Source of the DNA: Octopus sinensis
Taxonomy: Eukaryota
NCBI RefSeq assembly: GCF_006345805.1
Contig: NC_043000.1
Coordinates: 82,026,001 to 82,090,000, forward strand
Direction: 5' to 3'
Length of the DNA: 64,000 bases
Shown here: piece after piece, positions 36,664 through 49,259 of the stretch
How positions within the stretch are numbered: the stretch's first letter is position 1
Layout of the letters: each line of letters starts with the position of its first letter
Program-made: the position numbers and the translations under genes
The notes under the pieces: generated by a model
What the model was told of the DNA's origin: nothing
Database searches by the model: none
What the model saw: the letters and a program-made list of their open reading frames with translations, nothing else

Positions 36664-36986
36664 CAGTGGTTCTCAACCGCTTTTTGTCTATGGACCCTTT
36701 TGATACCTATTTCACTCTATTGGACCCACACAACCATTCAATGTTTAAATAATATTAGGAATTTTTCTATTTAATTTGACTTGTTTCAGTCATTTGACTG
36801 TGGCCATGCTGGAGCACCGCCTTTAGTCGAGCAAAACGACCCCAGGACTTATTCTTTGTAAGCCTAGTACTTATTCTATCGGTCTCTTTTGCCGAACCGC
36901 TAAGTTACGGGGACGTAAACACACCAGCATCGGTTGTCAAACGATGTTCGGGGGACAAACAGAGACACACTAACATATATACACAC

Positions 36987-37020
<34 letters not shown>

Positions 37021-37318
37021 GACGGGGTTCTATCAGTTTCCGTCTACCAAATCTACTCACAAGGCTTTGGGCGGCCCGAGGCTGTAGCAGAAGACACTTG
37101 CCCAAGGTACCACGCAGTGGGTCTGAACCTGGAACCATGTGGTTCGTAAGCAAGCTACTTACCACACGGCCACTCCTGTGCCCATCATATAAAAAATTCT
37201 TGAAATATTTTGTGTATCGTAGAAGTATAACCAATTTGATTGCTCATAAATTTTAACAACAAAATCGTATATGGACCCCCAACCGAAGGCTCATATGAAC
37301 TCCGGGTGAGAACCACTG
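36664..37318. mobile_element. hAT-Charlie-like MITE with a nested SINE B (36778-37186, minus)
   Basis: TIRs cagtggttctcaacc ... gggtgagaaccactg; 8-bp TSD atttaaag / atctaaag. Confidence 0.85.
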
Positions 37319-37484
37319 ATCTAAAGTCTCATTGTTAAGGAACATTTTTTGACTAATTAATTTGTAGTCATTACGGTCTTCTCGGCCGCCATCTACTGAC
37401 TGTCCAGCAACTATTTTGATATATTTACGTGGCGAATTGGCAGAGTCGGTAGAATATCGGACCAACTGCTTCTTGGTAATTTTT

Positions 37485-37920
37485 TCGTTTATTTGTTTCA
37501 GTCACTAGACTGCGGCCATGCTGGGGCACTGCCTTGAATAAATTTTAGTCGAATGAATCGACGCCAGTACTTAATTTTGTTAAGCCTGATAATTATTCTG
37601 TCGGTCTCTTTTGCTGAACCGCTAATTTACGGGGATGTAAACACACCAACACTGACTATCAAGTAGTAGTGAGAGGACAGACTTACACACACACACACAC
37701 ACATCTTATTTCTTATTTTTTTATCTTTTACTTGTTTCAGTCATTTGTCTGCGGCCATGCTGGAGCACCGCATTGAAGCGTTTTAGTCGAACAACTCGAC
37801 TCAAGGACTTACTTTTTAAGCCTAGTACTTATTCTATTGGATCTCTTTTGCCGAACTATCAAGTTACGAGGACATAAACACACCAACACCGATTGTCAAG
37901 CAGTAGCGGGGGACAAACAT

Positions 37921-38005
<85 letters not shown>

Positions 38006-38148
38006 ACGGACTTATTTCAGTTTCCATCTACCAAATCCACTCACAAGGTTTTAGTTGACCCGAGACTATAGTAGAAGATAATTGCCCAATGTACCACGCA
38101 GTGGGACTGAACTCGGAACCATGTTGTTGGGAAGCAAACTTCCTACTA
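37485..38148 (-). mobile_element. Two tandem SINE family B copies (37485-37690 partial; 37722-38148)
   Basis: Both begin ttgtttcagtca..gactgcggccatgctgg. Confidence 0.88.
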
Positions 38149-38698
38149 CATATTCACATACTCGAACGGTGAATTTTGAAGCATATGAAGGTATAAAGAA
38201 TAGTGAGTGAATAATCGGTTATATTTACACGCTTTTATTTTTAGCTTTATCTGCTACAAGATTCACCGCCCACTCCAAAATGATTTATTTCATATTCTCG
38301 AAGTGTCTATATTCATATGACGACAACAATGCACGCACGTCTGTACGTGGGTGAGAGAGAGAGAGAGAGAGGGGGAGAGAGGGAGAGAGAAAGAGAGGGA
38401 GAGAGAAAGAGGGGAGAAAGAGAGAGAGAGAGGCGGAAGGGAAGGTTATTCAAACTAAGTTTCTTATTTCCCTATAAAAGTAGTGACGTCACATTTGTCG
38501 TGAAGAAGGCGTCAGTAATAAGAGGATAATTATTTTTATGTAGTATTAATAATAAATAACATTCACATAGATAACTTGATATTTCGGGCCCTCAGTCCTT
38601 ACATGTGAGAAAACAGAAATTTAAGCATAATTGAACCAAGGCTCAAATTCTTGAAACTCGTCACGCAGTCAATCAAAACGGTCTCGTGACCTGTAGCA

Positions 38699-38833
38699 TT
38701 CATTTTAATCGGCCGATATTTCAAGCTTATGCCATCCATTCACTACCAGACGTGACAAGAGTTCAACTCCTGTCTTGCTGATGTCTGGTGCGATGGGTGG
38801 CATAAGCTTGAAATATAGATTGATTAAAATGAA
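38699..38833. other. Long imperfect hairpin (~60-bp arms)
   Basis: ttcattttaatc..atatttcaagcttatgcca..accagac..caaga pairs with tcttg..gtctggt..tggcataagcttgaaatat..gattaaaatgaa. Confidence 0.9.
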
Positions 38834-40416
38834 ATATTATTTAGTTGAAATATAGAAACAAAAAAGGAAAAGAAAAGAAAAAGGAAGTAAAAAGAAAAAC
38901 AATTTTTGTACTGTTGGTAGCTCCTACTCAGATGTCACAATAGATGTTCTCACCCTACCTAAGTATCGATACAATTACGTCTTTCCGGAGAGCCGAGAAA
39001 ATAATAGCGTTTCACAGGTGACCAACAATAGCAACAGTAACACCAATCGCGGAAACAACAACAGCAACAACGACGACGACAACGACGACGGCAACAACCA
39101 CAACAATAACAAAAAATAAACTATAATAAAAAAAAAAAGCAGCAGCAGTTGTGACGAAACACCAACAAGAATAAGAGCAGCATTGATAGCAACAACAACG
39201 ACAACGCCGACAACTATAAACAACAACAGCAAAATAACAACAACAGGAGCAACAACAAAACCAACAGTAGTAGTAATAATAATAACAATAGCGTCATCAA
39301 CACTACCACCATCACCAGCACCAACAACAACAACAACAACAACAACAAGGAAAAGAAGAAATTAATTTTGAACGACATGAAGCAATAACTGTGCCGAGTG
39401 ACGTATGCCTATGACTGGTTTTGAGACACAGAGCGTAGTCGAAGGGTTTTCTCACTAATATGTACTGACCAGAAAATATATCCGCGGATTTAAATTACCA
39501 AGCGACTGTCGTTACATGGTCAGCCTCGACGAAGACAGTTCTAGTCTTGTTCCAACGCTCTCTAAATCCTTGTATTGCCCTGTCTAGGAGACGTGAGTTC
39601 CAAATCTCTCTCCCACACCCGCTTTCTGTTTCTCTCTCTCTCACTCACTCTCTTCTTTCTCTCTTCCTCTCTCTCCCCATGCTCCTGATCGATGGGGCTG
39701 GGGGTCATCACAGGTTTGCAGTCCCACAGGCATCATCGTGCGTAAAGGGTTAGGGTAGACTCTCTTCGGTCGTGAATGAATATGGGATTGCACCTAGAAA
39801 GTTACCCTCCGAGGCACACATCCGGGTAAGATTGTTTATAGAAGATCAGCAGTCGCCCATGCATACCAGCCTCCTCTCTCCATGCCACTGATGTTATCCA
39901 AGGAAAAGGCAAAGGCCAGGTAAAGGCCAGGCAAAGGTCAGTACAGTGTCTAGCGCAAGAACACAACACACATCCCGGTCCGAGAATCGAACTCACTACG
40001 ATCATGATTGTAAGTCCGACGCTCTAACCACTAAACCATGTGCCCTTGTGTGTAGAACTTCTGATTTGGCATCCACAATAGTATACAGCGCCAAGGATAG
40101 CTCTGTAGTTTTCACACATCATTAAGACCTGTATGTTCACGCAGACCTCCTCTTAACTATATGTCATTTCTTGTTCTCACAACACTGAGAACCTGCTCAC
40201 ACTGTAAGCAAAGGTTATGACAAACCAGGAGCCAATGTCCGAACGTATGACCCTGTCCGGGATCTTTATATTACAATGGCTCATATATTACAGTATTAGT
40301 TTGCGTGCGAGTGTGTGGCGCGTCAGCTCGGCCTGTCGTCTTGCCCGAACTTCAATGCCCCCCCCCCCCCAAAAAAAAAGAAACAAAAAAAAACAGGCAG
40401 TATTACTATATGATGT

Positions 40417-40625
40417 AAGGTGGCGAGCTGGCAAAATTGTTAGCATGCCGAGCAAATGCTTACCGGCATTTTGTCCGTCTTTACGTTCTGAGTTCAAACT
40501 CCGTTGAGGTCGGCTTTGTCTTTCATCCTCTTGGGTTTGTTAAAATGAGAACCAGCTGAGTAATGGTGTTGATGTAACCGGCTTACCCCTTTCCTCGAAC
40601 TTGCTGGGCTTGTGACGAAATTATG
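40417..40625 (+). mobile_element. SINE family A copy
   Basis: aaggtggcgagctggcaaaattgttagc..ttacgttctgagttcaaactcc..tttcatcctc. Confidence 0.88.
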
Positions 40626-41924
40626 ATGTAAAATTATTATATGACTTACCTCCGTCGATGGAAACCATATATTCCCACACATCATTCAGCTAGAGTGTTC
40701 TTTAATTGCTTCTGTGAAAGCACCCTAAAAGCTCCATCACTTAACGACAGGTAGAAATTTTTCATTTACATTTTTTTTTGCTCGAAATATTAACAAAGCT
40801 ATTTCGTTATTTGTGTTACAAAAAGTATTTCATTAACTTCAGCTCCTACATACTAAGTATAACGTTAAAACAAGTAGGGATGGACAAAGCAATTAAAAAC
40901 AAAGGGACGAGTCAGGAGGATTAAAAAAAACAGAAAATATAGGAAAATTTGACTGGGGACTGTTGTTGCTGCCACTTTCGGAATAAGAGAAGGAGAGAGT
41001 GAGAGGGAGAGACGGGGAGAGAGTGAGGGGCTTTACTAAGAAAGTGAAGTGAAGGTGAAAATTCCCTTTAAGGGGAGAGAACCGGTTCAGGGTTTATAAT
41101 TTTCATTATCATTATTATTATGAGAGGTATTTTTCCTATGAGTGAGAGAGCATATGAAATATATTTCCATATAATCCAGTGTTCTAGTAGTTGTAGATAG
41201 CACCATTTCACCCTTCTAATGGACTCCTCAGTATGATATAACTCGAAATCACGAACTTAGTTGGTTTCTGTTCATTTAAAATCTTTAGCAATTATATAGG
41301 GTCTATTTTCATTCTTTTTTCTTACTCTATTAACAGTAGAGAAAAGGAGTGTAAATGCAGAGACAGGGAAATGGAAGCCTCAGAGTCATTTGAAATTAAA
41401 ATTAACATTATACTTAAGTATGATCGATATTTTCTATTTTCACTACATCTAACAGTCGAGGAGAGACGAAGAAGAAAGAGATACGTGATAGGAAGAGAGA
41501 AAATATCTTACGTATTTAGGTTTTCATTCTGAGAGTTTTAAAAGAACCTTGTATTATTCCTACCTCGCCATTTTTCTCCTTCCGGTACTTATTTTATAAA
41601 ACACAGAATTGTAAAAAGATATAATTCAAAGAAAGAAGCACAAATTGAGCGACTCATCCATTCACAGTTGAGAACTCATTTCGTAGATGGGGTCAATGCT
41701 ACAACTGTACCCGCATGTCACTCGTTGTATTGAAACCGGGTGCATTTTACAACCATCAGAAATATAGCCTTTCTTCAACAGTCACAATGGGGTACAGCTC
41801 TTAGCGCACATAATATTTTTTTGGGTTTTGGTAAATACTGTGTTAAAAAGCATTTGACTTTCTGAGTATTCCTGTATTATACAGGGTTACATCAACAATG
41901 TGGTCTTCACCAAAGTTCTATTTC

Positions 41925-42305
41925 CCTTTATGTTTTATTTCTTTACTTGTGTCAGTCATCGGACTGCGGCCATGCTGGGGTACCACTTTGAAGGGCTTAG
42001 TCGAACAAATCGGTTCCAGTACATATTTTAAAAGCTTGTCACTTAAAACAGTTCAGTTACGGATGCAAGCAAATAATACCAATTGGCAATGGCGGTGGTG
42101 ATGGGCAGACACAAAGACATACACATACATGCACACATATATACATATACAGCGGTCTTTCACACAGTTTTCATCCACCCAATTCACTCACAAGGCATTT
42201 GTTGGCCCGAGACTATAGTAGAAGACATTTGCCCAAAGTAGCGCACAGCGGGACTGAACCCGAAATCACGTGGCTGCAAAGCGAGCTTCTTAACAACACA
42301 ACCAT
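41925..42305 (-). mobile_element. SINE family B copy (diverged)
   Basis: cttgtgtcagtcatcggactgcggccatgctgg...gggactgaacccgaaatcacgtgg. Confidence 0.85.
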
Positions 42306-42917
42306 GTCTGGCATGTCTTTTGTAAATGGCTCAGAAACTTTTTTCCCATATATTGTCATCATTCCAACTTTGTAAAAGCCCTGCATAAATCTCAGAGGCA
42401 GTGTAATCTCACATTCTCTCACTGAGTAGTGAGGTCGCTTACTGCCTTTTGTACACCATTTTACTTCGCTCGTGACTTTTCCCTACTTTCTCTTTCCCTT
42501 TCCCTAGCCTCCACAACAGTCGGCCACTTACTTTTAGGTTCTATCCTCCATCTGATCCCCACCAGTGGACGAGGTTGACTAATAGGACGGGTGGCCTCGA
42601 CACCTGCTTCCGAAATAGATTATGAGTTGACCTGCTCCACCATTTCCAAAGCTTTGACTGGTGGTGCTATTGGAACGACTGCTGCATGTATGCATGCATG
42701 CATGCATGCATGTATGTATGTATGTATGTAAGTATGTATGTATGTATGTATGTATGTATGTATGTATGTATGTATGTATGTATGTATGTATGTTCTCTTT
42801 CTCTTTTTAATTTAGAGTAAATTTTGACCGACCACATACTTAGTAGCAAGATTGTGAAGGAAAATCTCTTGTTTTAACCCTCATCTTTTAAATTTTAAGA
42901 CGGTCTTGCAGATTTTG

Positions 42918-43217
42918 TGGTGACACATGGCCTAGTGGTTAGAGCAGCGGGCTCGCGTCGAGAGATCGCGGGTTCTAATCTCAGACCGGGCGATGCGTGT
43001 GTTTATGAGCGAACACCTAAGCTCCACGCAGCTCCAGCAGAAGGTAATGACGAACTTCTGCTGACTCTTTCGCCACAACTTTCTCTCACTCTTTCCTCCT
43101 GTATCTTGCAGCTCACCTGCGACGGACCGGCGTCCCGTCCAGGTGGGGAACCTATACGCCAAGTAAACCGGGAAACCGGCCCTTATGAGCCAGGCGTGGT
43201 TCGAGAAGGAACAAACT
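42918..43217 (+). mobile_element. tRNA-derived SINE with a V/Nin-type central domain (family assignment from memory)
   Basis: A box tggcctagtgg, B box ggttctaatc; central acctgcgacggaccggcgtcccgtccagg; apparently full length. Confidence 0.7.
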
Positions 43218-43445
43218 TGCAGATTTTGATAGACCCATATGTCGTGATCATTTGTTGCACGTAAATTAAAGATTTGCATTTTCTTTCAAGATCCCAGGTT
43301 CAGCCACACTTAGATCCAGACGTTTTGAAACGTATCCTGCTACTCCAATAATAATAAGCATGAAAGTGCATCTTGGGCATGGGATTTGCAAATTCCTTAT
43401 CAATGGTCAATAGATGTCCTCTTTCTCTTGTATTTTTCTAATCAC

Positions 43446-43714
43446 ATGTATGTATGTATGTATGTATGTATGTATGTATGTATGTATGTATGTATGCATT
43501 CATGTATGTATGTATGCAGGCATGCATGCATGTATGTATGTATGTATGTATGTATGTATGTATGTATGTATGTATGTATGTATGTATGTATGTATGCATG
43601 TGTGTGTATGTATGTATGTTTGTATGTATGTTTGTATGTATGTTTGTATGTATGTATGTATGTATGTATGTATGTATGTATGTATGTGTGTATGTATGTG
43701 TGTGTGCATGTATG

Positions 43715-43743
<29 letters not shown>
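43446..43743. repeat. (TATG)n microsatellite, ~300 bp, interrupted
   Basis: Direct inspection; source of the MYVC ORFs. Confidence 0.97.
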
Positions 43744-43745
<2 letters not shown>

Positions 43746-44033
43746 CCGAAAAAAGAAAGATAACACTCAATGAAAAATTCTATGATGAAATAAAAGCATA
43801 CAGTAAGCTGTCTGGACACCCCATGCAAGAGGCACACATCATTACCACATCTATGCAAAAAGGTGTAGCGCACTAGCAAGGCTGAAGAGACACAGCCGTG
43901 GTACTGAGGCTTTAGAAAAGCGATGGTATTGCTCGAAATCGAGTCATAGCTATCATGTATGTATGTGTATGTATGTATGTATGTATGTATGTATGTATGT
44001 ATGTATGTATGTATGTATGTATGTATGTATGTA

Positions 44034-44064
<31 letters not shown>

Positions 44065-44724
44065 TGTGTGCCTTTGTAGATTGGTAGTTTGGTAGGTGCT
44101 TACCTTCTATGTGTTCATGTGTATGCGAGTGTGTGGGAGAACCGAATAGCTGTAGGTTTTCTCAGAGGTGTTAGGGCAGGCGCAAAGGAAGAATTTAAAG
44201 CTTATCAGAAAGTGTAAAGGTTTTGGAACGTATAACTGCTGAAGTGCAAAAAGTCACTTGAATATTTCTTACGCGACATCAAAATTCTAAAGATTCTTAG
44301 GAAGTAAAAGCCAAAAGTTAAAATGATAAAATCTACACTACTTCACTAATAGAAATAACAAGTTTTATAAGAATATATTTCAGTCAGTTTTCGTAAACTT
44401 TTTCAATCTAGTTTAATGACGAAACTTTGTAGAGATATTAAATATTCTAGAGCAGGTGTAGCTGTATAATACAACTAGAAAATTTCAGTTTTAATATTGA
44501 TGTCTCTACACTTACTAGCATCCCAGTCCGTTCTAATACTTTCTCCCAAGTCCCTTAATAGTCTCTAGTCTTCAAATCCTTCCTAATCCTTGCTTTTCTC
44601 TTAAGTTTGTCTTAATGGTTGTTAATTTCCAGTCAGTTTTATCAGATTAGGATTGCAAAAGTATGGAATGTCCGAGACAGAGTCAGAATTATATGAAATA
44701 TAATTCTTCCTGGCAACATGAAAT

Positions 44725-45420
44725 GGGGTTTCTTTAAAGCAGTCGTTGAATCGGTACATTTTTTTATAGCTCTTTAACATAAACACTAAACAGAGACTTT
44801 AAAAGAAGCTTGACGGTACATACACGAGAATGCTTCGTGCAGTCATCAATCTTTCTTGGCAGCAACTCCCTACAAAACAGCGACTGTTTTGCAGTCTTCC
44901 TTACCACTGAAATCAGCTATCTCCAGCAGCCGAGCGTCCATCACTGATAAGATCGAGGAATGTCGAAATCACCTGATCTGGTGGTCTTGGCGCAAAAGGC
45001 GGCGGTATTTTTTCACCCTGCAAGCAATATAAGGAAGAGTGCATTTTGCACCCAAAGCCAATATGAGAGCTTTTCTCATGGTAACCACAGCAGTAAAGTT
45101 TGTTCTAATAGAACATCCACGTTTAAGTGAGGATAGATATTACTTCTCGGTATTAACACTACCTCTGTTCCCAATAAATACCGTAATCAGAGAAAGAACG
45201 CGTTATGCTGGACTGCTGCAGAACCAAGGATGAAATATACAGCGATCTCCTTCTCTGGTAACCCGCGCAGACATATATAGCTATCGGCAAACCAAGAAGA
45301 GCATATATCAATCAACCTTTAGAAGACACTAGATATCAAGCTTAGGATGTGAATACTGCTGTGGGAGACTGAGACATCTGGCATGGAAGAGTTGTATTAG
45401 TTCGGGCACGTTGCCTGACC
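44725..45420 (+). mobile_element. RTE/RTE-X LINE 3' fragment interrupted by a ~270-bp insert
   Basis: FFKAVVESV..KKLDGTYTRMLRAVINLSWQQLPTKQRLFCSLP | insert | PINTVIRER..YAG.CCRTKDEIYSDLLLW..GKPRRAYINQ. Confidence 0.8.
44938..44984 (+). ncRNA. Type I hammerhead motif within the 44901-45169 insert (predicted site after C44978; G8->A in this copy)
   Basis: CCATCA-CTGATAA-GA(T)C gaggaat GTC-GAAA-TCACCTGA-TC-TGGTGG: 6-bp stem I, G-C closing pair of stem II, stem III ATCA/TGAT. Confidence 0.65.
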
Positions 45421-46081
45421 GGCTACATAAATAGATTTGTCGGTTGCGACTTCCGTGTCTGTCCTAATACTTATTCGCCTTCCAGTTTATCGTAATGCGC
45501 AGTGTTTTCTAAGTTTATCCTAATACAAGTTACCTTCCGAGTGTTTACTAACTTTGTAGACTATCATTAATTTTCCAAATCCTTTCTAAAACTTGGTAAG
45601 TTTGAAATTTATCTTAATATTTGCTTGCTTCCGAATCTTTTATGGTTTGAAACGGAGAAACGTTTGGTTATATTCTTTTATTTCTGTTTCAGAATATATC
45701 ATGTTTGAAAACAAAGAGACAGGATTAGTCAAGACTGTTTGATATAATTGCTGATCGTTTAATCTTCGTCAAACTGTTGTTACAGGAAATAGTCATTTAT
45801 ACACAGCTGGCAGCTCACTCTTTCGCTACTCGTAGGTTTCCACTCTTGACATTCGATCAGGCGCAATGTATATAGTTTTCATTATATTTGGCCTGAACGG
45901 ACTTGGAGCCGGAAATTCTAAATAGAGACAGGGCGAAGCAGAAGTTGCAGATGAATAAGTATTTTACTATACAATAAGTAGTTAATATTTCCAACTTCTT
46001 AGTTACGAAAAACAAAACAAAACAAAAAAAAAAAACGAAAATGAGTGCGTACATACACACACGTATATCTATCTGTCTGTC

Positions 46082-46137
<56 letters not shown>

Positions 46138-46435
46138 GGGCGCATGGCCTAGTGTTTAAGGTGTTGTACGCAGGACTGCAAGATCGTGGTTGCCATTCCA
46201 AGACCGCGTGGAATGTTGTGTTCTTCACTAAAATAATTCATCGCATGCTGCTATATGATCATTTTGACACTTAGCATGTAGTACGCCGTGTATCTGATGT
46301 AGGTATGTCGTGTAGTTAATCTATTGCATAAACATTTGATCATTTATGCAGCTTTCAAGCTATAAATTGCAGAACCGTCTTTGTATGCATTTATATATAT
46401 ATATGATGTTAGTCCCTCACGGTCCAAGAAAGATG

Positions 46436-46499
<64 letters not shown>

Positions 46500-46599
46500 T
46501 AGTATCTCACGTTCCAAGAAAGATGATTATATACTCTTTTATTTGTTTCAGTCATTTGACTGCGGCCATGCTGAAGCACCGCCTATATATATATATTTC

Positions 46600-46800
46600 A
46601 AAATGTAACTACGTATGTATCTTTGACGATTTTTTTCCTCCGTCTTACATTCTTTTGAACTTTCCTCTATTTCCGAAGAAAGCTTTGCTCGAAACGAAAA
46701 ATCCTCTTTCTTTCCTTTCCTGAGCGTCTGATAATACAGTAATTGTACCACGTCCTCGCGTTGTTATTTTTTACTTGTTTGTTCTTCTTTATTCAATTCA
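46600..46800 (+). mobile_element. Probable PLE terminal-repeat fragment with a degenerate hammerhead-like motif (46673-46702), ending at (TA)n
   Basis: CCGAAGA-AAGC ttt GCTC-GAAA-CGAAAA-TC, then a pyrimidine-rich tail ..ttgtttgttcttctttattcaattcac(TA)n. Confidence 0.4.
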
Positions 46801-46801
46801 C

Positions 46802-46864
<63 letters not shown>

Positions 46865-46868
<4 letters not shown>

Positions 46869-47115
46869 CGATTAAGTAAAACAGTTACGGAATGAAGCGG
46901 GCAAATATCAGCATGACTGCCCAAACTCAAGACCTTTGGCAAAACACTATTTTATATATGAATGTACCTGGTGTGCCCCAGACTGCAAATTGATGCAACA
47001 CATTATGATACACAGCATCCCACTCATTGGAGACAGTTGCAGGATGGGTCGAAACGAACGTGGTACACAATAAAGATAAATACTAAATCTATCTTCTGTT
47101 TTACTTAATCGATTA
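46865..47115. mobile_element. 251-bp segment bounded by perfect 20-bp inverted repeats
   Basis: taatcgattaagtaaaacag (46865-46884) / ctgttttacttaatcgatta (47096-47115). Confidence 0.7.
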
Positions 47116-47699
47116 TTATTTCAACTAACACTGCGGAATTCCTGAAGTAGATCCAACGGAAATATACCCCAACTGCAGATGACAACAGGTAGCCCAAATT
47201 GTGCTTGTGTTTTACTCAACACATCAACACACTAACTGACATACACCAATTAGTCCAAAGATTGGAAGCGCGTCGTTCATTTGAACTTGTTCAACATTGC
47301 CAGACAGTGAAAAAGAAATTTTAATGATGTCCTAAGACGTTCGAGGAAGGCAGTATAAAGTAAGACACCTGAGCATGATCAAACAGAAATAGGATGCAAC
47401 ACCACAACAAAGCCCTGGCTTTCGTGCTACTCCATGTCCACGACTTTTTTGCGGATTCGTCGCAAGCAAACTTTTGTTTCCAAAATTAAAATTCAACGTG
47501 AAAAGTGACTGATTTCAGACGATAGAAGAGATTGGAGAAAATTCGCTCAGAGAACAGAACATATTACAGGATGTGTTCCAGAAAGTGAAAAAATTCAGGA
47601 GCGGTGCATTATCTTCAAAGAGAAAAAATTGACTTAGATGTGAATGAAAGCAATATTTTTTATAAAAAGCTTTCTTTTTTAAATAAATCTCCTCTCTCT

Positions 47700-47850
47700 C
47701 TCCACACACTTACACACTCACTCACTCACTCACTCACTCACTCACTCACTCACCTCCTCACTCACTTCACTCACTCACTACTCACTCACTCACTCATTCA
47801 CTCACTCACTCACTCACTCACTCACTCACTCACTCATTCACTTACTCACT
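47700..47850. repeat. (CACT)n microsatellite
   Basis: Direct inspection. Confidence 0.95.
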
Positions 47851-47869
47851 CACATACATATATATATTC

Positions 47870-47950
<81 letters not shown>

Positions 47951-48117
47951 CACACACACATATATACAAGCACTGGCGCGGCTGTATGGTAAGAAATTTG
48001 CTTTGCAACTACATGGTTCCGAGTTTAGTCCCTCTGCATGGCACCTTGAGCAGAGCAAGCCTTGTTAGTTGATTTAGTTGAAGCAACTGAAAGAAATATC
48101 CATCGTGTATATATATA

Positions 48118-48164
<47 letters not shown>

Positions 48165-48559
48165 TATATAACGTGTGTATGTGCGCGTGTATGTGTGTTT
48201 ATGTGTGTGTGTTTGTATGTGTGTTAACAATCAGTGTTGCTTTTTCACGCCTCCGTCAGTTAGTTCGGCATGCATAAGAGTGATAGAATGAGTACCAGGC
48301 TTTAAAAAATATGTATTGATCAACCTAACTGCTATGGTAGCAAATACTTGCGCAAGATGTCATGCAATGAGACAGAATTCGGAAACACGTGATTGCGAAA
48401 TAAACTTCTATACGTCACTACTATGCCTGCCTGCATCCAACGTAGTGACAGAAAAGAAGTAGCTGTGGACTACACACATACAATGAGTTGCACACTTTTA
48501 GAATTGATGACGTCTCAGAGTGAGTTCTGGTAGATTAGTATCCCAGTTCAAAATCTCAA

Positions 48560-48590
<31 letters not shown>

Positions 48591-48788
48591 ATGAAAACAA
48601 AAGAATTTTGTAGAGGTAGAATACATGTCCATGTTATTGGCAACCATCAAAGTCTGTTAAGATGGACATGGTCCATGTCTCTTTTGAACAACTTCAAGTT
48701 TGATAGCTGATTAAACATAAGCAGAGAGTGAATTCTACATTTGCGGAGGAATAATTGGGCATAGTGGCTGAGGCCACTAGAGTCTAGT

Positions 48789-49259
48789 CAGTGGTTCGCA
48801 ACCGGGGTCTATACGACCTTTGGGAGCCCATATAAGATTCTGTTGTTAAAATTTATGAGCAATAAATTTGGTTATACTTCTACTATACATTTTTAAAAAT
48901 ACAATTCCTAATAATATTTAATTATAAAAATACAAGGGGATTTTAATTATGTATATCGAATGGCTATGGAGGTCTTGTAGAGTAAAATAGCAATGAAAGG
49001 GAGTCCATAGGCAAAAAATGATTGAGAATGACTGGGCTAAACACTACATTAGTGGCTGTCATCCAGGCTCCATATAGCCCTTGGGGGCCAGATAAGATTT
49101 TGTAGTTGAAACCTATGTGCAATAAATTGTTTATACTTCTGCAATACACAAAATATGAAAAATGTTTCCTTCTGTATTCCTAATAATATTTAATCATAAA
49201 AAATTGATAAAATAAGAATCAAAGGGGTCCATAGGCAAAACATGGCTGAGAACCATTAT
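48789..49259. mobile_element. Two adjacent hAT-Charlie-like MITE copies (48789-49034; ~49050-49259)
   Basis: cagtggttcgcaacc ... ttgagaatgactg; the second copy repeats ataagatttt..gcaataaatt..gtccataggcaaaa..gagaacca. Confidence 0.75.
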
